The notes: generated from the letters alone by a model not told the origin. DNA of 39,879 nucleotides from Jimgerdemannia flammicorona (GCA_003990765.1 RBNJ01000132.1:1-39879); one strand, 5' to 3'. Shown: positions 1 to 11,858, counted from the first letter of the stretch. A program made the numbers and translations.

Positions 1-593
1 GAGATGGGCGGTCGTGATGTTGAGCCCGTGCGTTAAGCACAGGGCACAGATGGTTTTGTCAAGCACCATGACATTGGGCACTGACCGTGAGAAGCTTGCG
101 CAGTTTAGCGCGTCGTTGGACCATTGTAACTCGGCCACAGCGCGGGCGGGCAGACGGTGGACAACCTGTGAGCTCCGCGAGGGCTTGGACGGCGAGAGAC
201 TTGTGGGTCGTGTGAGGATGGCATTCAGGGAAGCTTGGTCCCAAAGGTAAAGTGGGTGCCTGGGAACTAACACGAGGGCTGACCGTCGAAGTATATGACG
301 CACATAGATACTTTTGTATATACGGACAGGCTCACGTGTGAAAAAAAATAACGTGTTATCAAGGATCAAGCGGTGTGAAATAAAAAAAGTCGGTCCACAG
401 CAGGCTAACCATAATTAATCGTGGTTCCATATACTATGCCAGCGCGAAATTCAGTTCCACCTGCCTACTTGAGGCAAAATTCATCAATAATAAAGTACTC
501 TTGAGTAAAAAATAAACTGTTTAAATAAATATTGGTACAACATTTCTGAGCACAAGCATACTTGTGCCACATAGTACTAAGCAACCCTGAATT

Positions 594-870
594 ATGTGAA
601 ATCGCGCGTCTTCACGAAATTGGTGAAATCACAAAATGGCACATCGCGAAATTGTCACGTCCTCACGTCTTCACGAAATTGCCACGTCCTCGCATTTTCA
701 CGAAACTGCCACGTCCTCGCATTTTCACGAAATTGCCACGTCCTCGCGTCTTCACGAAATTGCCACGTCCCCGCGAAATTGCCTTACACATCCTCACGAA
801 ATTGCCACGTCCCCGCGAAATTGCCTTACACATCCTCACGAAATTGCCACGTCGCGAAATCACCACGTCC
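594..870. repeat. Tandem array of 27-bp units (GAAATTGCCACGTCCTCGCRTYTTCAC) with 42-bp variants, upstream of the transposase
   Basis: Units directly visible; explains the periodic ORFs at 562-916. Confidence 0.9.
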
Positions 871-953
871 TGTCTTAGAATATCTTAACATGTCCTGTGA
901 AATCTGTACAGAATAAATAGACTGTCTTCGAAACATTATTCATCATTCAAAAA

Positions 954-2161
954 ATGTCTACTGAAACTACCCCTCATTCTGGTCGCTATATCAATCGTCT
1001 TGTTGCTCACGAGATGCTTGGTGCATGGCGAGTCCATAGAAATCCTATGCAACTTACTTGAGATTATGGATATTCATACCGTACCTGCCGTACATTATCA
1101 AGAATTCGGAACTCCAACTCGACCTCGTCATGGCGGACGACTCAGTGCTCTAACTGAACCTCAGCATATAATATTAGAATCGATTGTTCGCAATAATCGG
1201 TAAGATTAAAATCGTAATATTTATTACATTATATATATATTACTAATTACATTTCTGTTTTATTTTTAGCTTCAAACATTATATTGAATTTCCACAACTG
1301 TTAGCAGATGCTGGATTACCACTACTTCACTATAAAAAAATTAAACGTGAAATCAAAGCTCTTGGCTATTACTCTCGAATTGCTATTCATAAGCCATTAC
1401 TTTTGAATTCAAACATTGCTCGCCGCTTACTATGGGCATCTAATAAACACCATTGGTCTGATGCAAAATGGCATACTGTAAGTATTATATATATATATAT
1501 CCCCTTTGCAAATTTTATTTTATTTTATTTATTTATATATATCTTATTTGAATTTATTTAGATTATTTTTTCAGACGAATCATGATTTACTTTATTCAAG
1601 TCTAATCGTGAGCAGCGCGTTCTTCGTCTACATGGTGAAAAATACCTTGATGAGTGTGTTCTACATGATTGAGTTCAAGGTGATGGTGGTGGCATCATGG
1701 TCTTTTGTTGAATTTCCTGGCATTACAAGAGCCCACTCTTCCGAATTGATACTAGGATTACTAGTCAGGTGTATCTTACTATGATGCATGAAAAAGTCCT
1801 TCTATAGATTATTTTGCATTATGGTTCAATTCACCAAGGGAATTATATTTGGCAACAGGACAATGCTCCTGCACATAATGCTAGAGTGGTTCATTGGGAG
1901 CTTGAAGAACTTGATGTTAAGCAGCTAGAATTCTGGCCTGCCAAGTCTCCTGATATGAATCCAATCAAACATATTTGGAGCTATCTTGGATGTGCTATTC
2001 ATCATCATCATCTATTGCCAAATAATCTCAATACTTTATGGGATGTTTTATAAGAAGAGTGAGATACTATTCCACAGAAAACTTGTCAACAACTTATTGA
2101 GAGTATGCTGCATCATGTACAGGCTTTGATAGATGTTGGTGGTCGATCAACTCATTATTAA
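954..2161 (+). pseudogene. Tc1-like DDE transposase pseudogene with 2 introns (1200-1269, 1478-1561)
   Basis: Spliced translation gives RIAIHKPLL..NIARRLLWA..HHWSDAKWHT|IIFSDES*F, GGGIMVF, WQQDNAPAH, WPAKSPDMNPIKHIW and GGRSTHY*. Both introns are GTAAG..TAG and restore the frame. Several stops and one frameshift; catalytic E changed to K. Confidence 0.9.
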
Positions 2162-2349
2162 ATAGCCATTATCATATTTATATAGTTATACAGCATAGCA
2201 GTTTTATTAAATAGCCATTATCATATTTTTATCATGTATAGTTATGCTGTCAGTGGTCGGTCTACTCAGTATTGAAATATAATTTATCATAAAATCATTA
2301 CTATGTTTGGTTGTATAGTAACTGAATAACAATCTGACTACTAAGATAC

Positions 2350-2750
2350 TAAACTTTGTTAAGTTAAGGACAACAGCTATGGCCTCAAATAAATAAAGCT
2401 AAAACAGCTAGATATGATCTATATGCAGCTGAAGAAGCTATAGTTTCCAACTGAGAAGTTAAGTAAGTCTGTATGAGAATTAGTATTCAAATCTCTGAGA
2501 GATATATTAGAAGGATATGCTGTTACAGCAGCCTAGTATTAAAAGAACTCTCAGTAGAAGAAGGAGTCATTAATGAGGATTATATAGGCAAAATCATTAT
2601 CCTCATCCAGAACTATAGTTGGACACTATTCAAGATTCCTATTAGTTACTATATTGCCCAGATTATATTTGAGAAAATTGAATTAACTCTAATAGTCAAG
2701 AAAGTTACTGAACTACTATCTACTATCCAAGGATCTAAAGGATTTAGCTC
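2350..2750 (+). pseudogene. Retrotransposon dUTPase domain (decayed), upstream of Zn knuckle and protease
   Basis: LNFVKL..., ARYDLYAAEE (AGYDL), ISIQISERYIRRICCYSSL (IPEGY.GRI..RSSL), EEGVINEDYIGKI (GGVIDEDYTG), IAQIIFEKI, QGSKGFSS (RG..GFGS). Confidence 0.85.
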
Positions 2751-2819
2751 ATTAAACAAAGTCTCAGCTCAATCTATCATCAATAAGGAGGAATAATTTT
2801 ACAAAAAGATTGAGGATAG

Positions 2820-4477
2820 ATTTATATCAAGTGGCCAATGCTCTCATAGTATTGGAATATACTCTTTCTGAATGATTAAAGATTGCTTCTCTTGTATCAA
2901 TAAGTTAGCCCAACAAAGAGCTAGAAGAAAACCTCTTATAACTAAAATTACTACTATTGAATTAGATAAATTACTTACTCTTCAAGCTTTTGTTAATTGA
3001 GTATTTATCAAAATTATAATAGATAGTAGTACTTCAGGCAATTTTATCAATAAGAAAACAGCCAATAGACTCAAGGTCCTGACCTCTCTGATACAATAAA
3101 CTCAAGCAGTTACTACTGCTAATAAAACCTCTTATATAATTAGTAAGAAAGTTTGCAACCTACTCTTCTGAATAGATAACTACCAAGTATATATTACCCT
3201 CCAAATTGTACCACTTCTTAATAATGAGATCATCCTTGGGACTATATATTTAAACAAGAGAACCCTATGATTGATTGGGTAATCTATTTTCTGATTATCA
3301 AGAAAGAATATTACAATTTTAAACTATAAGGCAAAGGTAAAAGAGACCCACTCAGTTCTAGTAATCTGGGCCCAAAGATCACTCACATCAATAAACTACA
3401 ACTCATACAATTTCCAGATTACCAATTAAAAAGATCATACAAACTCTTACCTTAGTTACCAACTCTATTATAGAACAAATTATTACAATATATGCTAATA
3501 ATAAAGAAGCTCAAGTACTCCCAGAAATCCTAAGTAGTAATGATACTGATAAGTACTTTCAGTATTATCAATACTAACTTAAGAATAATATTATCTACTA
3601 TAAGAATAGATTATATGTTCCTAATAATTAAGATCTCTAAAGAACTATCCTATTTGAATATCATAATACCCCTATAGCTAGATATCTAATATTTGATAAA
3701 TGTTATAAAGTTATTTTCTAAAACTTCTATTGACCCTATATAGCAGATCAGTTAAAGACTTATATTACTTCCTATGATATCTGCTAATGTAATAAGTCCT
3801 CAACACTAGTAAAACCTAGTCTACTCTATTCTATTCTAGTACTATCTGCTCATTGAGAATAAGTCTCTATAGACTTCATTGTACAACTACTACAAACCAA
3901 GAATAGAAAAGATACAATCATTGTCTTTATAGACTATCTTAGTAAATAAGCTCACTTCATATCTACTGCTACAACTGCAATAGCATCTGAAATCACTATA
4001 CTCTTGTTTGATAATATTTTTTACTATTATGGTCTTTCTAAGATCATTATTAGTAACTGAGACCTGAAATTTACCAGCTATTTTTAGAAAGCTCTATATG
4101 CATATCTTGAAACAAAACTTATACTATCTACAGTCTTTTACTCCAAAACTGACAGCCAAACTGAAAAGATGAACTAAACTCTAGAACAAATGCTAAGGAA
4201 CTATGTTTTCTATAGATAAGATGACTGACATGAATATCTCACTATAGTCAAGTTTGCTTACAACAATAGCAAACAAGTATCTCTCAGAATGACTCCATTC
4301 TTTACCATTATAGGACAAAACCCAAACACTCTCCTGATACTTATTAGAACTACTGATGAATCCTCTATTGTTGAAGCTGTTGAAGAATTCCTACTCTAAA
4401 TGCACAACTTAAGCCAGATTGCAATTGAGAATTTATCTTGAGCTCAAGAACAATAATTACAATATATTAACCAATAC
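2820..4477 (+). pseudogene. Gag Zn knuckle, aspartic protease and integrase N-terminus/core; RT-RNaseH absent
   Basis: Decayed CCHC at ~2825; IIDSSTSGNFI (DSGA) at ~3015; HHCC relic HNTPIARYL..SYDIC at 3662-3785; SIDFIVQLL, VFIDYLSK*AHFI, TDSQTEKMN*TLEQMLR and FAYNNS. Confidence 0.85.
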
Positions 4478-4503
4478 TATCAGGAAATTAAAATGGCATT
4501 CTA
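4478..4503 (+). repeat. Left TIR TATCAGGAAATTAAAATGGCATTCTA
   Basis: Inverted match to 15542-15567. Confidence 0.9.
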
Positions 4504-5109
4504 GGGTCTCTTTGCAGGGGTTTTGGGGGCCTCATCGAATTTGGGAGGTAGTTTGAGAGTGCTGCAAAAACCCTACATGAAAAGGCCTCCAGAACGCAAA
4601 AAGGCCAGGAGACTATGTGGATAATGTGAGGGATTGTTCTGCAAAGCCCTCCAGGTTCTGAGATTCAGTGGATTCTGAGAATTAGTGGATTCTGGAGAAT
4701 TTGTGGATTCTGACAAAGATGTATGAGTTCTGTCTAATTTGTTAGTTGATTCTGGTTCTGGTTTCTGTACTCTCTTCCTCACCCTTTCCAAATATACTGA
4801 TGCAGTGATTTATTCAAAATAAACAAGTGATGACAAATATAGTATACAAAATGATGACTAAGTACAGAATGGTGACTAAGTACAGAATGACAATGAATGC
4901 AGAATGGCAACTAAGTACAGAATGATAATGAATGCAGAATGGCAATGAAGGATGACTTGACACTGAAAAGTGATATTTGAATATCAATGTGATGATCCTG
5001 GTTATTTTAAATAAAAAAAACATCATGTTAGAATTTGTGATTGTTATAGAAATAAAATGATTAAATGGCTTTAGACACACCAATCAAATAATATAAAAGC
5101 GGTCATATA

Positions 5110-5735
5110 GCATCAGTCACAGAGACATTTGCCAATCAGATATAAATAAAATAAACAGAATAGATGTTCACTGACCAGATAATAAAATAATAGAATAGTT
5201 ATCAGATGTCAGTCATACAGACATTCATCAACCAGATAATAAATAAAATAATAGAATAGTCATCAGGCTTCAGTCACAGAGATGTTCGCTGACCAGGTAA
5301 TAAAAAAATAGAATGGTTGTAAGACCAGATAATAAATAAAATAGTCATCAGGTTTCAGTCACAGAGACATTTGCTGACCAGATAAAATAATAGAATGGTC
5401 ATCAGGCTTCAGTCACAGAGACATTTGCTAACCAGATAATAAAAATAAATAGAATGGTCATAAGGCTTCAGTCACAGAGACATTCACTGACCAGATAATA
5501 AATAGAAATAAATAGAATAGTTGTAAGGCTTTAGTCACAGAGATGTTCACTGACCAGATAATAAAAAATAGAATGATCATAAGGCTTCAGTCACAGAGAC
5601 ATTTGCTAACCAGATAATAAAATAAAATAAAATAAATAGAATGGTCATAAGTTTTCAGTCACAGAGATATTCGCTGACCAGATAATAAAATAAATAAAAT
5701 GGTCATCAAGCTTCAGTCACAGAGACATTCACTGG
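5110..5735. repeat. Tandem array A, ~60-bp unit (CAGTCACAGAGACATTTGCTGACCAGATAATAAAATAATAGAATGGTCATCAGGCTT), about 10 copies
   Basis: Directly visible; resumes at ~6780-6970. Confidence 0.9.
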
Positions 5736-6720
5736 GGGATAGCATCACTAAGGCAGATAGCCAGACATGATGACAAATCCATAAAGAATAGGAAAAGGGG
5801 ATAGCATCACTGAGGCAGATAGCCAGACATGATGACAAACCCATAAAGAATAAGAGAAGAGGATAGTGTCACTAAAGCAGATAGCCAGACATGACAACAA
5901 ACCCATAAAAAATAAGAGAAGGAATAGCATCACTGAGGCAGATAGCCAGACATGACAACAAACCCATAAAGAATAAGAGAAGGGAATAGCATCACTAAGG
6001 TAGATAGCCAGACATGATGACAAACCCATAAAGAATAAGAGAAGGGGATATCATTACTGAGGCAGATAGCCAGACATGACAACAAACCCATAAAGAATAA
6101 GAGAAAGGAATAGCATCACTGAGGCAGATAGCCAGACATGATGACAAACCCATAAAGAATAAGAGAAGGAGATATCATTACTGAGGCAGATAGCCAGACA
6201 TGACAACAAACCCATAAAGAATAAGAGAAAGGAATAGCATCACTGAGGCAGATAGCCAGACATGATGACAAACCTATAAAGAATAAGAGAAGGGGATAGC
6301 ATCACTGAGACAGATAGTCAGACATGATGACAAACCCATAAAGAATAAGAGAAGAGGATAGTGTCACTAAGGCAGATAGCCAGACATGACAACAAACTCA
6401 TAAAGAATAAGAGAAGGGGATAGTATCACCAAGGCAGATAGCCAGACATGACAAAAAACCCATAAAAAATAAGAGAAGGGGATAGCATCACCAAGGCAGA
6501 TAGCCAGACATGATGACAAACCCATAAAGAAGAGAAGGGAATAGTATCATCAAGGCAGATAGTCAGACATGATGACAAACTCATAAAGAATAAGAGAAGG
6601 AGATAGTGTCACTGAGGCAGATAGCCAGACATAACAACAAACCCATAAAGAATAAAAGAAGAGGATAGCATCACTAAGGCAGATAGCCAGACATGATGAC
6701 AAATCCAATAAAGAATAGAA
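5735..6720. repeat. Tandem array B, 62-bp unit (GGGATAGCATCACTGAGGCAGATAGCCAGACATGATGACAAACCCATAAAGAATAAGAGAAG), 16 copies
   Basis: The CCAGACAT core recurs at 5761, 5823, 5885 ... 6687, mostly at 62-bp spacing. Confidence 0.95.
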
Positions 6721-6779
6721 GGAAAAAGAATAGAAAGGGTAGTATCAGAGATCAATAGCCAGACATGATGATAAACCTA

Positions 6780-6970
6780 CCAGATAATAAAATAGAATAA
6801 AATAATAAATAGAATGGTTGTAAGGCTTCAGTTACAGAGATGTTCACCAACCAGATAATAAAATGAAATAAAATAATAGAATGGTCATTGGGCTTCAGTT
6901 ACAGAGACATTTGCCAATCAGATAAAAAAATAAAATAAAATAAAATAGTCATAAGAGTTCCATCACAGAG
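6780..6970. repeat. Continuation of array A (about 3 copies)
   Basis: Same CCAGATAATAAAAT..GGCTTCAGTTACAGAGA unit. Confidence 0.85.
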
Positions 6971-7726
6971 GCTGGTAGCTCAAAAATTCACCATATGCAT
7001 GGCTGCCTGCAAGGCCTGATTGGTGGAGCTCATGCCACTGGATGCTGGGACAGGGTTGGCTGTCTGGCTGTTAATCATTGTATGTGGGGCTGCAGCCTGG
7101 TTGGTCCTCTGCACCTTGGACATAGCTGTGGTGCAAAGGACTATAATGGCAGTGGGTGGTGGACTATAAGATTAAATGTGCATAGTGGTTCTCAATACCT
7201 TTCATACATATCCAGAATATATACTATAATATATTGTCTTGCCATAATAAGAATGATGATCCCAACTCATTGATCACAATATATCAAACCCAAATGCTAA
7301 AAACTAGTACAAACCTTTTCTGCATTGAATCATTAACTCAGACAAAGCCTGCAGAATGTGTGTCCACATATGTGTATGATAAGAAACACCAATGGTATAT
7401 ACAAAATGGTTAAAATCTGTATATATTGTACTGAAAAATAAAATAAAATAAAATAAAATTGAATATAACCCAAAGAAAGCATCTCAGTCACATAAGACTC
7501 AAAACTCGCAGACTATGTATGGAATAGTATATGGTATCACCATGAGGTCGAGGGAGATACTGAACATGAGAAGGGACTCCATGGGCTTGAGGAACTCAGC
7601 AGCTGAGCCATAGCACTAGACAAGGTCCTCATTGGTACAGACTCTTGAGATTGGTGGTTATTGTATGTATTGAAAAGGAAAGAAAGGAAATAAGTTTCCA
7701 GCTCCTATTTTCTGACTTCTAGTCAT
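6960..7726 (-). pseudogene. RING-HC (C3HC4) finger protein cargo gene, intron-containing and decayed
   Basis: Minus strand: ATG at 7726; LLMFSISLDLMVIPYTIP (probable decayed C-x2-C) at ~7570-7520; CGHTFCRLCLS**F from 7368; LCPRCR at 7125-7108. Pieces separated by AT-rich intron-like tracts; exact splice sites uncertain. Confidence 0.6.
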
Positions 7727-8339
7727 TTCCAAGATCAAAATATTTCCCAAATGAGCCAAGATATAAAGATGCAACCACTGTGAAGGCAGTGTGACCTTGT
7801 GGCAGTAAGGGGTGAGTTTGTCATTATCTTTGGATATAGAGTGGGGGCTTGGGCAGGGAAGCAATCTCGGTTTTAGGGAGAAAGAGGGAAAGAGAGAAAG
7901 AGTTGTGTGGCGATGCCAAGATATTCCAAGACATTCCATTATAAGGGCATATGCTAAAATTTACAGCGAAATTGACATGTGGAATAATGCTTAGGGGCCT
8001 GAAATCTAAACAGTACAAGGTACCTGAAATGGTTTAGAATAGCGCAAGGTACCTGAACTGTACAAGGTGCCAGAAATCATCTGAGACTGCAAGGGCTACA
8101 CCTTTTCAGTCTTCCCCTGGTAGCTCTAGATGCTTTACTTAGTGAATCCCTTAAGTCTAGATCTGACAATTTGTCTCTTTATTATTGATCAATTTTTGGT
8201 GATATTTCTGGAAAAATATTACCTATCATTAACTGAATCGCTCTGCTCATCTGAATATTTACCAAAGTATTGCTTTATTAAAACATAATTACAAAAGCAA
8301 AAGGAATGCTACATTGCAAGTATTAATGAAAATGTCATA

Positions 8340-8800
8340 TCAGTCATTTCAATGAGTATTTACTATGAAATAGTATTGTGTGGTGGTTCATAGTATACTT
8401 GATCTCCAAGATCAATGAGCATTTACTACAAAATGGTATTGTGCAATAGTTCATAGTACTTGATCTCCAGGTCAATGAGCATTTACTGTAAAATAGTATT
8501 GTGCAACAGTTCATAGTACTTGATCTCCAGGTTGATGAGCATTTACTGCAATAATGTTGTGTGGCAATTCATAGTACTTGATCCCTAGGTCGATGAGCAT
8601 TTACTGCAAAATGGTATTGTGCAGTAGTTTACTGCAAAATGGTATTGTGTGATAGGTTACTGCAAAATAGTATTATATAGCAGATTATAGTACTTAATCT
8701 CCAGGTTGATGAGCATTTACTACAAATGGTGTTGTGTGATGGTTCACTGCAAAATGGTGTTGTACAGTGGTTCATAATACTCAATCTTATCAGGCAGATC
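8340..8800. repeat. Tandem array C, ~60-bp unit (TGAGCATTTACTGCAAAATGGTATTGTG..GTTCATAGTACTTGATCTCCAGGTC), 6-7 copies
   Basis: Directly visible. Confidence 0.85.
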
Positions 8801-10303
8801 AATGACAACATTATCTTGTATAATTGAGTGAGGAATTGTGTCATCTGCAGAGGCTATACTCTCCACTTCTTGCGATCTGATAAGTAGAAATTCCCAATCA
8901 ATTCCTTTTGGATCAGCTGCGATAAATTCATTAATTTTGGTAGTCTATGCACAATAGTATGGATACATCTCAGATTCAGTCAAGTGGTGGCGCCTATGAG
9001 CAGTGATGAGATATTCAACCTGGAAGATTGAGGAAGAGGAATTAATAAATAATATTGGAAAAATAAATCAGATTATAATATAAAATATAATTCTTACAAG
9101 CATAACAACTGTGGCTAGCAGAGGAACTATCAGCTCATCTCTGTCTTGCATAGTATTTTTGAATCATACCTTTCCATCAGTAAAAAGAAGACCAATCACA
9201 TTTGTAATCCATTTTGAGTGAAACTTAGGCCTGACTGTTTTCAATATATTATCACAATCTACTAAGAAGTAATATTGCTCTCCAAGATATTCTACAGCTT
9301 CACATTGTCAATTCACAATTTCAACTACAGCCTTCTTTGGATCAGAGTCTATCAGAGTAGTAGTAATATTCTTGAAAGAGGTGTCAAAGAAGAGAATGGT
9401 AAGTTTCTTCACCAGATACTCCTTCATATGAGTGCGATTGAGTGGAAATTATTGATGGTACTAGATTTTTACAAAAATTGGATAAGATAGAAGGTCAGTC
9501 AGCTAGAGATAAAATGTGATAAACTTGAATGCAGATAAACAAAGTAAATTTTACCTTTCCATATATCTTTCTATAGATCTGCTCCTCATTTTCTTGTGAG
9601 TATTCATACTTTTCAAGTATGTTAGCAACAACTATATCATGCTTGAATCCAAGGTAGGTTGGGAATTAGTCATGATGTATCTGATAGATCAGAAGATCCA
9701 TACAGATCTGTGGCCACTAATCATCAGTTACATGACATTCATACTTAAGCTTAGAAAGTATATAGCTTTTAAAATAAAAATAAATAAAATAAAAATTTAA
9801 ATTCTATTCTTTTTTAAAATTTATAAATATAATATACATATATATATATTTACCTTTTTATATTTGTTTTGATAGTAGGTAAGTTTGCAATGACTTTTTG
9901 TATCTTCTTAGAGACAGCCTCCTGAAATTGTTATAGAGTTACTGTGAGAAAATCCTTATAGTGTATAGAGGTGAGTTTCTGGTTGCTATTAAAGAATCTG
10001 TCTAAACTATTGCTGGAAGATGAGGTTGCATCTGTGAGGATAGTGAGTCCAATAGTGATGTTTTTATGCTCATCAGACATTTCATCATCAGTATCAGTAT
10101 TCACATTCTCATCATCTGCATTCATCTTCAGAATCTCTCTCATTGTATATAATTCTATATCACTTATTCATAGTATTATGTGTGAGGGCTGGTTGCTTAT
10201 TGACATTGACTTTGGAGAGTGGGCTAGATAGCTTCTTGTGTCCTTGAGGAGTTTTCTTACAAATACTGACATTCATCTTACTGCTATGAGTTTGTGGTGG
10301 CAT
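8744..10303 (-). pseudogene. Second (accessory) gene of the Plavaka element, DUF6532-like, 3 introns (9853-9766, 9554-9503, 9097-9020)
   Basis: MPPQTHSSK start with an acidic N-terminus. Three GT-AG introns join exons in phase. KFHSKWITNVIGLLF...VPLLATVVML|VEYLI resembles the recalled DUF6532 pattern; the family call is inference. Confidence 0.65.
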
Positions 10304-10329
10304 CAAGTCAAGTGAATTACAGAGATACT

Positions 10330-10670
10330 GACAATAAGCAACAGGTGATGGGTGATAGGTAATGGGAGACAGGTGATGAGAGATGGGCAATGAGAGGAGA
10401 CAGGAGAGCAGTAAGAGACAGGTGATAGGAGATAAGCAATGAGAGATGGGCAATGAGAGATGAGTGACAAGAGACAGGTGATGGGGGATGGACAATGAGA
10501 GGAGATGGGTGATGAGAGACAGGTAATGAAAGATGAATGGGTGATGAGAGATGGACGATGTGAGAAGATGGGCAATGAGAGATGGGCAATAAGAGACAGG
10601 TAATGACAAGTGATGAGAGACAGGCAATGGGAGACAGGCGAGATGGGCAATATGTGATAGGTGATAGCTT
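10330..10670. repeat. Low-complexity GATGGG/GATGAGAGA/GACAGGTGAT repeats
   Basis: Directly visible; reverse complement of the motif set at 11180-11790. Confidence 0.85.
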
Positions 10671-11179
10671 TCAGAACCTGGAATCATACATCTAGTTAGC
10701 CCAGTAGACCTCATTCTTATGAAAATCATGAGTCAATGGCTTGGTACCCCCCCCCTTTCAATCTATGAAATCTGTGGCACTATAACTATGTTGAGAAATT
10801 CACACCTTATGGCTCTGAGATCACAGAAATCTCTGAGGGTTAGATAGAACCTTGGAAGGCCAGAAGATTGGGTGATGGAAGAAAGGAAAAAGAAACAAGC
10901 AATGAAAAATGGGTGACAGAAGACAATCTGGTGCCAAGCAGGCCTCAATCTTATGTAAGACCATGAGTCAGTGGCACAGTACCTCTCCCACCTCACTCTT
11001 TTCACTCTATACACTAACCATGTTGTGAGATTCATACCTTATGGCTCTCTGAGGGTTAGATATAATCTTGGAAGACCAGAAGTTGGGCAACAACAAAGGC
11101 AGATAATGGGTGATAGAAGACAATGGGTAATGGAAGCTACACTTTACAAAAATGTCATCACAGAGCTGATAGATGACAT

Positions 11180-11790
11180 TGTCATCACCTGCTTCTGTTG
11201 CTCATCTTCTATCGCCTGTCTTTTGTCACCTGTTATCACCAATTATCTATATTCTATCACCCATTATCACCCATTGCCCATCACCTATCATCACCCATCA
11301 CATATCCTCTGTTGCCTGTCTTCTGTTATTCATTAACACCCATCACCTGTCTTCTATCGCCCATCATTACCCATTGCCCCATCTTCTGTTATTCATCTTC
11401 TGTCACCTATTATCACCCATCACCCATCTTCTGTTACCTATCTTCTGTCAAATCACCCATTGCCCATTACCCATCTTCTGTTGCCCATCTTCTGTCAAAT
11501 CACTCATTGCCCATCATTGTCCATCATTACCCATCTCTCATTGCTCATGTCTCATTATCCATCTCCCATCATCTGTCTCTCATCGCCCATCTCCCATTGC
11601 CCATCTCTCATCACCTGTCTTCTCTCATCACCCATCTCCTCTCATTGCTCATCTCCTATTGCTCATCTCTCATTGCCCATCTCTCATTGCCCATCGCTCA
11701 TCTCCTATCACCTATCATTGCTCCATCATCTGTCTTCTGTCACCTATCTTCTATCATCTATCATTGTCCATCTTCTGTTGCTGATCTTCT
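11180..11790. repeat. Low-complexity CCCATC/TCTCATC/ATCACCTGTC repeats
   Basis: Directly visible; source of spurious His/Leu/Ser-rich ORFs. Confidence 0.85.
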
Positions 11791-11858
11791 GCCATCTATC
11801 TTTATGCATTGCTGAGGTCCTCTCTGTTGAAACTATACCACTGAGCCTCTACTCAATT

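Larger units (their letters stand above)
432..2318 (+). mobile_element. Tc1/IS630-type DNA transposon relic (boundaries approximate)
   Basis: Transposase pseudogene at 954-2161 preceded by subterminal-type tandem repeats. A possible left end TA|CTATGCCAGCGCG lies at ~432, but no convincing matching right TIR was found. Confidence 0.6.

Noticed and set aside
1-306. GC/CpG-rich stretch with an open minus-strand frame, possibly a host exon
   Set aside because: No recognisable motif, start or splice context; truncated by the window edge.
562-916. Overlapping ORFs with peptide repeats
   Set aside because: Products of the 27/42-bp tandem array, open in several frames.
2295-2320. Possible right TIR of the Tc1 element (..GTATAGTA vs TACTATGC at 432)
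   Set aside because: Only ~8 terminal bases match; not enough to call.
5735-6720. CRISPR-like regular array
   Set aside because: Whole units repeat with no unique spacers; no cas genes; eukaryotic context.
10303-11815. Long His/Leu/Ser/Cys-rich ORFs on both strands
   Set aside because: Translations of low-complexity repeats, open in all three frames.
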